Assembly: GCA_030295235.1 (NCBI GenBank)
Contig: AP026130.1
Location: 1,116,001 to 1,180,000, forward strand
DNA from: Fistulifera solaris
Taxonomy: Eukaryota
Reading direction: 5' to 3'
DNA length: 64,000 nucleotides
Shown in pieces: positions 12,901 through 25,467 of the stretch. The position numbers and the translations under genes were made by a program. Within the stretch, counting starts at the first letter, position 1, and each line of letters opens with the position of its first letter. The notes below the pieces were generated by a model that did no database searches, was not told the DNA's origin, and saw only the letters and a program-made list of their open reading frames with translations.

Positions 12901-14198
12901 GCGTTACAATTCCGGACGTAACATGTATCATTGATAGCGGGCTAGTACGAGAAATTCAGCGCGACCAACGGACTGGAACGCAAAAGCTCGTAACGACATG
13001 GTGTTCGAAGGCAAATACTAAGCAGAGGTGTGGACGAGCAGGCAGGGTACAACCAGGGATATCGTTAAGACTCTTTTCGTCAAAGACTGAAGCTCTGATG
13101 AAGAGCGTCACTGATCCAGAATTGAAGCGAATACCTTTGGAAGAAGTTTGTCTGACGATTTTAGCATCTGGCTTGTCAACTTCGTGCAAATCATTTCTTG
13201 CAAATGCTCCTGAACCTCCATTGGTATCCGCCATCGACGTTTCCTTAGAAGAGTTAAGATGCATTGGTGCTATATCGATTGAAAAACCTGACGGAATTAG
13301 CTCCGATGGTCCTCGCGAAGAGTTGACCGCGTTGGGTGAGCACCTTACAAAGATACCAATCGATGCAAGATTGGGGAAAATGCTTATATATGGCACTATG
13401 TTTCAGTGCCTCGATCCGGCCCTAACTCTAGCTGCGTGTCTCTCTGCATCCCAAACCCCTTTCGTTTTGTCAATTTTGGATGGCGAGGAGGTTAAGGCTG
13501 CGCATTCCTCATTTCTTGATACTTCATCGGACTTTGTTACTTTGCTCAATGTGTGGGAAGGATTTGTGTCTGCCGGGTCCGCAGCGCGCCGATTTTGCCG
13601 TGAAAAGTATTTAAATTACAATGCCTTTCTTGAAATTGCAGATGCACGTGACCAATTCTTATCTCATCTGTGCACCATTGGGTTCGTTGATCGAAAAGTG
13701 CTTCTTGACGGCCAAAGAAATTACAACTTTCAGAGCAAATCACCTGATGTGATTCATTTCGTCATATGTGCCGGACTTTATCCAAACGTGGCCAAGATGG
13801 AATCTGACTTGGGGCTTGTCCACAAGACGGAAAAGGTTTCTATACACAACAGTTCTGTTAACGCGAAATCACTGAAAGATCGTCCGTCAGACTGGGTAGC
13901 ATTCCATGAGAAACTAGGAACCGGGCGCCAGATCACAATTTCAACCACATGCTTTGTACATCCTTTCTCGTTGTTTCTACTTGGACCAATGATTCACATT
14001 GAACACATCTTACGAGAAGTCGAGATAGATAATTGGATCAAGCTTACTTTGTCTGGAAAAACGGCAGTGCTGCTAAAAGGACTCAAACATCGGCTGGAAC
14101 GATCGCTGAAAAATTACATCCAACAAGTGAACGATGATAGCAACGTTTTTGACGTAAAGGTGATTGATAAAATCATCTCTATTTTATGTCAAGTCTAG
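9922..14198 (+). CDS. DEAH-box RNA helicase of the DHX29/DHX57/DHX36 group; introns 11716-11776, 12149-12211, 12514-12574; frameshifts near 10900 and 11411
   Basis: Motifs [75 protein letters not shown] and an HA2 region. N-terminal UBA-like (LELALDWL) and dsRBD-like segments. Confidence 0.92.
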
Positions 14199-14257
14199 AA
14201 AATCATTGTCCCAAAAGATCGTAGCTTCAAAGTACTGTACAGTAAGATCATTTGAAT

Positions 14258-16907
14258 TTACATCGCAGCATTCGGCAGATTACTACCTCTTTGAATTTCA
14301 ATAAGGCGAACAATATTGTCGTAGCCCGCTTCGGAAAGCGACTTCTCTACTTCGTCAAAGAAGTTCGATTCTGGCTTCTCTTGGATTCGTCCCTCATTGT
14401 ACATGGTCCAAAGATCAAGCAAGATGTGACCGGCTTGGGAAACAGCCCCATTCTTCATTTCTGCTCTCGCCCAGAATTCAAAAGAGGTGCAATTTGGAAA
14501 CACATTCTTAATACCCCTTGCGTCCAGCGCCTTCATCTCTTCGACAAGTCCTTGTATCCTAGCTGTTGTGCCCACTTTACCGGATGTTGAGCACGAATAA
14601 ATAAGACTGTTGAAAGCATCGGTATCTGGCACCAGCCCCATTTCTTGCATATTTCGTAGTAAGGTTTCAACTTTTTCTACTCGATATTCATCTTCTGAAT
14701 GAGCGATTTGCCTCATTACTGATTTATACCTTCCAATCCTTGGTACGACGGCAGAACGCTTTTTCAGAAAATCTTCGTGCAATATCAACAGCAGACCGTA
14801 AGCATAGTCAGAGCGATCCTGGCGTTGGAACAGGTTTAATACTCGATCACACAAAATAGCATATAAAGCAAGCGGTTTGCCTTGCTTTAGTCGATGGGTT
14901 CGCATGCTCGTCACCAGGGAATAAGCTCGTTTTGCTGCCGTAGGAAGGGACGATCTCGCCCAACAAGAAAGAAGGGCGTCATAAATCTGTGCATCTGGAG
15001 GAGGAGCAAGACCTGCTCTGTACAAATCTAGCAACGTCTGCACGAGTTCGTCAGCTTTCAGCGCAGCGTCGCGTGCATAGGATCTATCCCAAGCGGAGAA
15101 GACAAGTCCAAAAGGTCGATCCGAACTCTTCCTAATTGCTTTTCCTTGGCTAACGAACAAATTCTCATCAAGACAGCATGCGCAATCTGCGGATCGGCTT
15201 TAGCAAAAGCCAATAGAATAGCTTTCAGTTGCATATGCTCGGGTTGCTGCCCAAATGCATTCTCCCTACAAAGCTCCATTGCTTCCCATACGAGCTCTGT
15301 GGCTCGATGTAATCCATCGTTGTGCAGCAACAAAATCTGTATGAGCATTGTATAAGAGTAAAAATCTGGTGGGGACTTGGTGCTCCTCTTCATTTCTTGA
15401 AACAATGAATCGGCTTCCTCACTTGCATTGACTGCCCTGTTGTTTGCGAAAAACAAAGATGCCAACATAACGTTGTAGGTCGCCGTATCTGGACCCGAGT
15501 CCAGAAATCCGAAATGGTATAGATCTTTTATCCGTTGAAATAACAGGCGTGTTCGGTCTACATTTCCTGCCCTCGACCATGCGTCCATTAAAGTGGTCAG
15601 AAGTGTAAGAGACGGCTTCAAGTCTTTACGACCCTCCATAAACAAAGAGTACACCTCGTCAACTAGGTCTTGAGCCTTCTCAGGCTGTGATGCCTTTGCA
15701 AATGCGTTCGTGACAGTAGCATAAGAGAATAGATCAGGTGGAGACTCTAGCTGTCCTCTGCTATGTAGGTCCTTCATCTCTTGCAGCAAAGATAGACAAC
15801 GATCTGCTTGACCAGCTCGAGCCCAGCAAGATAGAACGGTGTTAAATGTTTTGACATCAGCTTGAACAGGCGGAAAGGTCTTTGGGTCATACATGCGTGC
15901 CAGGAGAGATTGAACGCGTTCGGCGGCATTACTGCCGTGCGACCTCGCCCAAGCCGAGATGACCGTATTCCAACTCACGACGTCCGGCTTGGGTGCACTT
16001 CCTTTCCAATCCAGTAGCGGATATCCTTCCTGAAGTTGCCACTGTTCGCACATGTCTTTCAGCAACTGTTCCGCAGCCTCGCCGTTTCCAACCTTGGCGT
16101 AAGCCGCCAACAAGCAGTTGTAAGACCGAATGTCCAACGGGATAACGTTTTGCGCTCGTTCCAGAGTGCCCGCGCCCGATCCGGTCGCGCACAAGCCGTC
16201 CAAGACGACAAAACCTTATTTAATGCCTTCGTTCGTGGATGAAACGACCCAAGAGACGATGCATTTGGCTGATTTAATTCGGTCATCCGATCTAGCACTG
16301 CCTCGGCAAAGGCAGCCTCTGTGACAGACTTTAATCGCTTCGCCCTTCTTGAAGCTACACCCAAGATGACTTGCAACGAAGAGCCCGAAAGTTCAAGTGA
16401 TGGACTTTCATTACATAACTGGTCGAGTTTTGCGAGGAGCTGTGCCGGCAAGATGACACTCTCGCCGTTATTTTCTTTAATTGAATCATGCACACATTCC
16501 CAGTTTTCCACAAGACGATCAATGATTTGCCAATCCAGAAAATCTGAGGAAATGCTTGCGTTTCCTAGCTTTTGTTCATGTACCAGTCTCGAAAGGAGAA
16601 GTATTGACATCTGTACAGATAATGGTGTCTTTTGATAGGTCCACCATTCGAGTTGGTCTTCAGCGCTATTCCAGATGCTAGAATCGTTCGTACCCGGAGG
16701 AGTCTCTTGCAAAAATCGTTTTGTTCTTTCGAAAATATCGCGATCTTCCGTATAGGTTTGTGAGCTGTATAAACGATAACTCTTCCAAGGCAATGTAGAA
16801 GATATTTTCTGCTGCCATTGACACCTCTGTGCGGATGGAACTGCGAAAGTATTATAATGCGCGCATATCTTCTTAACAACATTCGACGGCAGTCCTTGTC
16901 GAAGCAT
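14258..16907 (-). CDS. Pentatricopeptide repeat (PPR) protein, probably organellar; frameshifts near 16165 and 15112
   Basis: Repeated PPR motifs (DIRSYNCLLAAYAKVG, PDVVSWNTVISAWARS, DVKTFNTVLSCWARAG, PDLFSYATVTNAFAK, PDTDAFNSLIYSC) across three consecutive ORFs. Basic, presequence-like N-terminus. Confidence 0.88.
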
Positions 16908-17349
16908 CTTCTTGTATTCTCTACTTGTAACGGAGCTGATAGGTGTTATTACTACGTATAATCCGTTCTCTCTCTTGCAAATGCGCTTGCTCGATGCGAT
17001 GAAAATCAATGTATATCGGAGGTGCGCAGTACATCCGCATCCGGTTATCATGATGGATTTTATATATGCATCAACATTGTGACTATCATATCAACAAATC
17101 AAATATTTGTCGTAGCATGTCTGAACGCCAGACGAGCCTGAGGTGCACCAAAACATCGCGCAAAACATTTTTCGCAGCAACGTTCGACCGTTGAGAAAGA
17201 AAAACAAAATGAAACTGTTTCCATTATGATTTGTATAAGAAATTGTTTTGCACTTCACCAAAATACTTTTCAAGCTGCAACGCACCATCCGCGTCATTTC
17301 GCAGGAACTCGTATCATTGACGAAGCAGTCGAAATTGTTTACAACAAAC

Positions 17350-17859
17350 ATGACCTATCGTGCCACATCGCCACGAAGGGGGTACAACCCCGAAGTGATC
17401 GATGTCAGTGCCCGCGAGGAAAACGCTCGCCTGCATTATCAGGAACATAACCGGGGATACTCTCCTCGAAGAGATCGCCTTGTCGACAGCGCATCGTCGG
17501 TCTCTGTGGCGAACTTCGTTGCCAGAGTTCGAAATGATATTCACTCGGAGAAAGTTCGCGTTCGAAGCAAGATTCAAGACATTCGTTACAATCGACTGGT
17601 TTATGACAAAACCCAAAATGACATTCACAGAACTGTCTTCGAACAGCACGATGAAATGCTAGCTAGACTCAGAACACTTGAGGACGAGTTGGAGTTTAAC
17701 GTCAACGAATGCATTCGCCTTCAGACCGAATTGGATCGCATTCACCGAAAGGAAGAATGGAACAGCCTGCAGTCCGAATCTCGAAGGTCTGTGTCCAACA
17801 ACAGGTCCAAACGCTCACGTATGAGACGCGGCACTCGTAAACTTCCGATCAGTGTTTGA
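17350..17859 (+). CDS. Hypothetical small coiled-coil protein
   Basis: ORF with ATG at 17350 after an A/C-rich leader; heptad-rich segment ARLRTLEDELEFNVNECIRLQTELDRI. Confidence 0.6.
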   Translation: MTYRATSPRRGYNPEVIDVSAREENARLHYQEHNRGYSPRRDRLVDSASSVSVANFVARVRNDIHSEKVRVRSKIQDIRYNRLVYDKTQNDIHRTVFEQHDEMLARLRTLEDELEFNVNECIRLQTELDRIHRKEEWNSLQSESRRSVSNNRSKRSRMRRGTRKLPISV

Positions 17860-17979
17860 AGTGCAGGCTTCTGTTCATTCTAACTAACTACTACCTTTGT
17901 TGTTTTACACAAAATACTTAACAAGAATAACGTAACTCATCAGGTATCCATGTTCAACATAGATTTAGTCGTTAATGAG

Positions 17980-19176
17980 CTAGTAACTGGCGGATTTCAC
18001 TCCAGCTGACATCGACGGTCTCCTCCTTTTGTTTTCTTTCACCGTTTCTTCTAGATCGGTCATCGAGCCCATGTTTCTGATCGTCTGTTCCAAAGCTTTT
18101 AAAATTTCCTCATCAGCTTTCGTTCGTTTTCCCTTTCCTCGTTTCTTTTTCGGCTTGTCACTTTCCTCTTTTTCTTTTGTTTCGACAACTGGTTGTTCCG
18201 ATGTGTCGCTGCTTTGATTGTCAGTTTCGGTCTTTTCCGAGATTTCGGACACAGCGCTTGTTTCGTTGGCGCTAGACATCTTCTCTGAAGTAGAGCAACT
18301 CTTATCATCGACGACCACCATTTCGGAGGATTCACTTACTGTTGTTTTTGTCACGCTGACGGGCTTTTCCGATGTATTACTGTCTTCTAACGTTTCTTCC
18401 GTGATTTCTGTCACCAGAGTTGCTCCATCTTGCTCGTATTCTTCAAGGATGTTGCACACCTCTTGATTATTCAGAAATACCGATGCATATTCGCGCAAAC
18501 AAGCCAGTTTTTCGCATCGCTCAATTTCCTTTGTTAGCATTTGTACGTGTGCCGTCATGATAGCATGATCCATCCTGTAGGCACGGAGTTCCTCGACATG
18601 TATCGGTTCCTCATTTCCTTTGCTATGCGATAAGAGGAAGCCTCTTTTGCTTGGACGAATTGCGTTTTCAACGTCTTCGTTAGAAGGCAAATCTTCATAT
18701 TGATCGACTGTGTCGTTCAACTGCTCCAAGAAATGAAACCAAGGGAGAGTTTCTTTTTGAAGTGTGTGCACTTTGTCGGCGTACTCTATCTGCTGGGAAA
18801 GTTCTACATGAGTAGCCCTCTGTGCCCGCTTTTCCGCTCGAACGTTTCTTTGAAATGACTCTTCCGATTTTACCAACGACGAGCGAATAAAGTCTCGTTG
18901 CTCTCTCAACTCTCCCTCCAGGTTATCTTTGTACGCCACAATTTCCTTCGCTTCCGCTTGCAACTTCTCGATACGGCATTCTCTCTCTCCTTTCGGTAGC
19001 TTTTCCATTGATTGTTTGAATACGAAGTCTTTCCATGCTTCTTCGAATTTCTTCAGAAAAACAATGTTCTCGTCGTTGCCCTTGAAGGACTCATCCAAGC
19101 CATCAACCGTTACTGGAGCTGCAATCAGATCGTAAAGCATCGATGGATGCGCTGATGGAGCACGCAGCTGCTGCAT
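17980..19176 (-). CDS. Hypothetical coiled-coil protein with low-complexity S/T/E/K C-terminus
   Basis: 398-aa ORF; helical N-terminal domain similar to the C-terminal domain of the neighbouring + strand gene. Confidence 0.75.
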   Translation of the reverse strand: MQQLRAPSAHPSMLYDLIAAPVTVDGLDESFKGNDENIVFLKKFEEAWKDFVFKQSMEKLPKGERECRIEKLQAEAKEIVAYKDNLEGELREQRDFIRSSLVKSEESFQRNVRAEKRAQRATHVELSQQIEYADKVHTLQKETLPWFHFLEQLNDTVDQYEDLPSNEDVENAIRPSKRGFLLSHSKGNEEPIHVEELRAYRMDHAIMTAHVQMLTKEIERCEKLACLREYASVFLNNQEVCNILEEYEQDGATLVTEITEETLEDSNTSEKPVSVTKTTVSESSEMVVVDDKSCSTSEKMSSANETSAVSEISEKTETDNQSSDTSEQPVVETKEKEESDKPKKKRGKGKRTKADEEILKALEQTIRNMGSMTDLEETVKENKRRRPSMSAGVKSASY

Positions 19177-19662
19177 GCTATCTCGAATGGATGGATAGAG
19201 TAAATGTGTTAATAAAGCCTCAGTGGATGATCAAAATGGATTTTGTACTTCTCGATGGTCTCGTAATTCTTGTTTGGTTTTTGTTCTTTGTGGCATCGTC
19301 GCGCCTCGCGCCGCATCGTCGCCAACAGAAAGTTACACTATGACGACCTTGTCATTTCGGTATTGACGAATAGGCACAGAATGTCTTATGACAGGTGGAT
19401 GTATATAGACTTCAACTATACTGAAAGACTGAACCTTAACAAAATCAAGGATAGAAAAGGGCCAATATAAGCATTTGAGTACTTTCTGGCGAGACGTGCC
19501 TCACTTTTTTTGTCGCCAAACAAGGCAAAGTTTGAAAACGAGGAGAACGAAATTGTAATTACCAGGTATTCTTGCCCGGTGGAAGCTGAAGGTGCACATT
19601 ACATTCTTTGCCCCGTCTATGCTTCAAAAGACACAGGATGGGAAACTCACAATCATTTGACG

Positions 19663-22078
19663 ATGAAACAACGTACGGAAAGGATAGCCTTTTGCCGAGA
19701 CCGACGATAGTTCCTTGCTTGTGAACGAACACGGCAGTAAAGCACAGCGCTTTCGGAAGAACAAGAACAGTCCGGCTGCTTCGAGAGCACAGTTTGTCCC
19801 AGAAGAGTTTCGGAGTCGTCACCAACGCGACTTCGGTCGAGGTTATGATTACGAGCGAAGAGAAGACCCGATTAGTGATCAAGTTGAAGTGTATTCCCCT
19901 GATGAGTTAACGGATCGCGACGAGCTAAGCGCAATGACGGATATGGCATGGAAGCACCTGTCAAAGCACATGCGATCACCATCCGATACTATTGAGTTGA
20001 TTAACGCTGACGAAGAATTCTCGCTTCGACAGAGCAGAGACGATGATGGTGGCGACAGAAAAAGCGGATTCACCTCTAGAGTTCGATCACCGATGATTTC
20101 GTCGTCGTTGAGAGAAACGGTAGTCAATGAAAAAGTCCTCGGATACACGTCGCACCTTGCAAGAAAAAGTCAACAATCTGGTAGTGTTAGAAAGAAATCT
20201 GATCAGGACAAATACAACGTACGCACGTATAGCGCTGAAGAGACCTGTACGAGATCATACAGCAAAGATTTCATGATGGAACCACCACCATCACCAGAGA
20301 GTTTCTTCGGGCTTGGCGACATATGGAAAAATGATAGCCTGCAATCAACTAAATCCGATCAAAGCCCAGTTTATTCTCCTCGATCCCCTGTTTCTCCCAC
20401 ATCGCCTCGGAGAAACGAGGGCAAGCAGGATATTGCGATCAGAATGGAAAATATAACGTCGCGTCTTGACGCAATGACAGAAAGTCAGAAATCACCGTCA
20501 ATCCAGCATGAGAAAGTTTGGGAGCACGACACTATTCAAGAAAGTCTGAATTCATTGCTGTTGCAATCTCCTCGATCTCTTCAGCAAGCCAGTGAAGATT
20601 GGAATCTCGATGAAATTTACGCTCGTTTAGATGAACTGAGTAAGAAGGAGCTGGCGGATCATGACGAGACCACCAAAAGTCTCACAGAAGCAACAATTCA
20701 AGAAACTACTCTTCACGACGACGAAATAAATATTGAAAGTGAAAGTGTCATTGAGGTCCAGCAAGTCGACAGAAATGCTTTCCCAATCCGACAGGAAGCG
20801 ATTGAAAGCGAATCCACGCTAAGCTTGATGCAACTCAGCAGTAAGAACGAGGCGCTGGTTGTTGAGATCAGTACCAACGATCAGGAGAAGATTACCTACT
20901 CTCAAAAACAAAGCGACTTCTGTATCGAGACATCTGTTGCGTCACACCATGTCGTACAAAAGCCGGTAGATGATGACTACGTAGCAGCGGACAAGAGAGT
21001 TAGCGCACCTACTACCGACGTCAATATGGTACTTCTTGCCCCCAAAACTGCAGTGGGTGTACTGGTATCCCCCGAGGTGCCCAGCAACGCGGTCGACCTT
21101 CTTATTACGGAGCACTTTCTTGATCAATGCGGAAATTTTGTTACAAAGTTAGTTGAGAATCCTTTGACTAGTCCTTGTAATCGAGACGCTATTCAAGCAC
21201 ATGAAGCCAAGCTCATCGCGGACCACAATGGTCGTGACACATCTCAGCACATACAGAATACAGCAGCCGAAGACAGTCATCAGAAGGAGGCAGAAGGGCT
21301 CAATGTAACGAGCAGAGCTCAAGATGAGTCCTTTCAAGAGATGCCAACTTCACCGGTCATTTCTGCTGATTCACAGTCAGCCGTTTCAGATGAAGTGGAC
21401 GTCGAATTCGTACAAAAGTATGCTAGTTTGTTTGAAGCCTTCCTAACGGAAAACATGGACCTGATGGATCAGAATGCTGATATGATATCTTTCTTGTACG
21501 TTGCCAAACTCACCAAGATAATGGAGGCGTCAGAGAAACTGGAGTCCGCTTTCAAGCAGCGTATCGTAAAACTACGGAGCGACAAGGAATCAGTTCTATC
21601 AAAGTACAGAGAGGACTTGATCAAAGATGCAAAAGAGAAAGTGGTAAAAGGTATTCAGCACGAGCAAGAGTTGAAGACTCTTCAAGAAACAGGTCAAGTT
21701 ATGGAGGGAAAATTGAAATGGAAGCTTCTTATGGAAAATGCAAGCCGAGCTCGAGGCGAATCAATGCTATTACAGACTTTGTGGAAGACAACAATGGACA
21801 TCGATGCACCGTTGGAGTCGCTTCCTGCTGGTCACGAAATGGAAGCTATACGACAAGCCGCTATCGGCGCCCCGTCGTCCACCACTTGTCCAGAACCGGA
21901 TGACGTTCTGCTGAAAGACATACGACGATTCCAAATGGAAAACAACTTTTTAAACGCTGAAATATCTGTTTTGGAGGGCAAATTGAATCAGCGCAAGCAA
22001 ACCGCCAACACTCATTTGTGGGTAGACTCAGTCTTTCGCCGTCTGGGAGCCAAACCAAAGAAGGCCTTGAAAGATTAG
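19663..22078 (+). CDS. Hypothetical large protein: disordered N-terminus, coiled-coil C-terminal domain; probable frameshift near 19690
   Basis: 787-aa ORF starts at a TTG. ATG 19663 (MKQRTERIAF) joins it if one T is removed from GCCTTTTGCC. Confidence 0.75.
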
Positions 22079-22183
22079 AAGTCACCGTGAATACTACTGT
22101 TTTACTAAGCACAAAACAAAGTAATGATTGTGTATCGAAAGGATAAGAAACATAACACTTTAACGTAAAAATGTATTTGTATT

Positions 22184-23282
22184 CTAAATAATACTCTTTC
22201 CCATCAACGATGTGATGATTTGAAGAGTCAATTCCGCTGTTTCATCCGCACCTGCGTCATTCGTAAGAGTCGGATTAAATTCCACGATATCCGCACTGGC
22301 TAGATTTCCAGTCTGTGCGATCGCCTCCGCAACAAAGTGGGCTTCACGGAATGTCAACCCACCGCGAACGGTTGTACCGGTCGCCGGAGCCAGCACCGGA
22401 TCTACAGCATCAATATCGTAGCTCAAGTGCAAGGGTCGATTTGGGTCTTTCTCTAGTAAGTGACCGATGGCCATCTCCATAACATTGCCGATGCCATACC
22501 GATCGATTTCATGCATAGTGAATGCCGAAATTCCCAAATCTCGAATGAGCTCTCGTTCAGCAGGGTCGACATCACGAAGACCAACATAAACGATGGAATC
22601 TGGGGGAAGACGGTTACGAAAGGTCTGATACAGCCAATCAAAACCCGGAACAGGTTCCGAGGGCGCGACCCCTTCCATGAGCAAGCCAACCGGCATTCCA
22701 TGCATATTTCCAGACTCTGACATGGCTGGAGTATTCAAATCAGCATGTGCGTCAACCCATATAACACCGGTGTGTGGTCGAGCACTCAGCACACCTGCTA
22801 AACTGCCGATTCCGATGGAATGATCACCTCCAAGAATCAAGGGAAACCTTCCTTTTTGATGGTATCTGAAACGAGCTTGGCTAGTTTCTCCGTTCCTTAC
22901 CAACAAGCCACGGGTTTCGTACGTTACCGATTCCAGCGGTCGGCTTGTGAGTTGTTGCATCATCGAAATCAAGATCCGGCAAATCTTCGACTCTCCAACC
23001 CAGAGCCGTCAACATGGATCGCAAACCACGTTGACGAAGAATCTCGGGTCCATGATCGGTCCCTACAAACGGCTGACCGTACGTCATGGGAGCTCCAATC
23101 ACAGTGCAAGTATGAGGATGAGCCACAGGACGATACAACTCTTCCCGTTTGACTGTAGGTAATATGCGGTTTCGAACAATACCGGGCCCTGTTGTCTTGA
23201 TGGCCTGGTCGGTGGAGAAGAAACGCAACGATCGGCAGCCGACGCGGTTTTGACGCCAACAAGAGATGGCCGATGAAATCAT
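22184..23282 (-). CDS. ARG: Arginase (urea cycle), likely mitochondrial; two frameshifts near 22898 and 22856
   Basis: Motifs GQPFVGTDHGP, LGGDHSIGIGS, IWVDAHADLNTP, SGNMHGMP, HLSYDIDAVDP, PATGTTVRGGLTFREAH, VEFNP. Arg-rich presequence (CRSLRFFST). Restoring two A residues gives VGKGTEKLAKLVSDTIKKGRFP. Confidence 0.95.
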
Positions 23283-23418
23283 CCTTTGCTTTACAAGTGA
23301 AAGGAAAGCACGGAACGCACTTTGGGAAAAGGTGAAAACTGATAAAGACACTTGGCCTTGATTGTGTAATAGGTGTTATGGGGATGGAGGATGGATGACG
23401 ATTGACGCAGGTTGTGAC

Positions 23419-23452
23419 ACCAGGTACCCAGATTTTCTGGGAATGTGAAATC
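23419..23452 (+). repeat. Single degenerate copy (D) of the 33-bp minisatellite family
   Basis: accaggtacccagattttctgggaatgtgaaatc resembles both ends of array B read on the minus strand (accaggtacgcaatcccagattttctgg...gaaaaatc). Confidence 0.5.
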
Positions 23453-24025
23453 TTTGATCTTTTTGACGCATCACACCAGAATTTCCGTCTGCCTCGAAAG
23501 AACGGCAACCGTATCGACTATAGTTGAAAGTGCAGTATCAACTTCCAAGACTGCACTTCAGTCATGAATCAAAATTCTTTCGACGACAATACTGCCAACA
23601 ATTTGTTCATTCTGCGAAATATTTTGAACTCCATTTCTCGCTGTTGGAATGCAAACGGCTTAAACAGCGTTCAGTACACGGCATTATATCTTACGTCAAA
23701 GAGTTTTGCAAAACTTTGCCTTCTGCAATTACTATGGACACAAAGTGTTGGTTCTACGAGGCCACGACTGCGATTCAGTCATGAGGTTTGCGTCTGTCCG
23801 TCGCCTTATGATGAAAAATGGAAGCGGAACCTGTACATATTAGGAGATAGTAGACAAAAAAAGTCCCAGCAAAAAGTCGTCCAGGGGCTGAGGTCGCGTT
23901 GTCCTTCCGATCTTTTATGCCAGCAAAAACACAAGAATCAATCCAGAAGCATCTACAAACACAAAACGAATCATTAAATCAACAACAAGCAATCAGCAAA
24001 GTGTTGCTGATTCGACTTGAAAACG

Positions 24026-24852
24026 ATGTCCGGTAATAGGGAACGCATCAACACGGGCGGAAGCATGACTTCCCCACATCGGCGTACGCACCGAGAACGT
24101 CGGCCTCGAACGTTTTCGAACAGCAGCGTCGACAGTGGCATATCCAAGCCACACGCACCCAGCACAACCGACACGAGTTTCTCTTTGAGAGAACGAACAA
24201 ATACGATCGAAGCTATTGCACTCACGGCGGATCATGAAAACGAACACGAATTGGATTTGCACATTGGACAAAAACACAACCATCACCTCACGACTCGGCG
24301 GCGAAAAATCGTCAAGTGGATCGAACGTCAAACGGTCCCGATACCGCGACGTCTCAAGAAAAATGCAGAACCTGTCCATTTCATATCGGGACTTGAAATG
24401 GTTCTTTACGGCCCGTCTGCGGCGGCAGACACCGTGCTTCTCATGGGGTTGAAGCCGCCGCGCTATTTGTGGTACATGTGGAGTGGATCGTTTTGCGATG
24501 TCATTCAGCTCGGTTTCGATTACATGCTGCACAAAGTTATGAACGTGCAGGATCCGACGATCTGTTGGACTGTAAGCTTCATTATGAGCGTTGTTTTTCG
24601 ACACACATCGCATCGATACATGGTGTTTGGTGACTATGTGGGAGGATACTGGGTCAGTTTACTTCGAATGTATGCTGGCTATTCGTTCATTATTGTTTTG
24701 AGTACCGTGGTTAACCTTTGTCTTACTCGATTGACCGAACTGAGCCATTATTTGGCTTGGTTCATCACGATCTTTGGAGTGGCATTGCGAATTACTTCAT
24801 TCTAAAGCGCCTTTGGGGACTGGGAGGTCCGTCGGTGAACACCGCTTCATAA
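24026..24852 (+). CDS. Multi-pass membrane protein, GtrA-like C-terminal domain; frameshift near 24773
   Basis: Four hydrophobic segments, FRHTSHRYMVFG. Adding one T gives ...ITIFWSGIANYFILKRLWGLGG...TAS*, a GtrA-like ending. Confidence 0.6.
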
Positions 24853-25241
24853 TGATTTAACTTTATCAAAGAACACTGGTTCATTGTTTTCAATTATTTG
24901 CTAGATGGCTTAGTGATGCTCTTCCATGATGCCTATTTTGTTTGTTTCGTTGAATACACGACGCAAAGTGGCTTGTGCATTGCGAGACCAAAGAAAAGTC
25001 GCTTACTTTAAAAGAGACGACACACTAAATGTACAGTTCTATTGAATCATTCCATATTTTCCAGGGCCTCCTTCGTCCTCCTTAGTTTTTCTAGGGGTAA
25101 CAAAACACACATGGAGAAGTCTTGCGTGATTTTCGTTTGCCGTCATTGAAAAAGGAACTTGGGTCACATTCACATAGGGCGAAAAATTTAACTTTTCTAA
25201 GTACACTAAACCCTCCAATCAATTAGCGTGACATAAAAAAG

Positions 25242-25374
25242 TTTTGGCGCGAAGTGGTTTTGTCACCTAAGTAATCTTATTTGATGGTTCGTTACTTAAG
25301 CCACTCAATGGCGCGAAGAAAAATATTGTATAAAATGACGATTATACATATGAAGTTTCGAGCGCGCCGCGCCA
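25242..25374 (+). promoter_or_regulatory. Cluster of E2F-like sites
   Basis: TTTTGGCGCGAA at 25242-25253, TGGCGCGAA at 25309-25317 and GCGCGCCGCGCCA at 25362-25374, within ~230 bp upstream of ATG 25468. Confidence 0.45.
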
Positions 25375-25467
25375 TTCGCTAATATTTGCTCACAAGACAT
25401 GAGTTCACCACCAAAGACGATCATTAATCATTATCGACGGAAAAATCACAACAAATCCAAAGTCAAC

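Noticed and set aside
23524..23977. Two overlapping + strand ORFs between arginase and the GtrA-like gene
   Set aside because: No recognisable domain and no coherent gene model. Could be a degraded gene, but I cannot support it.
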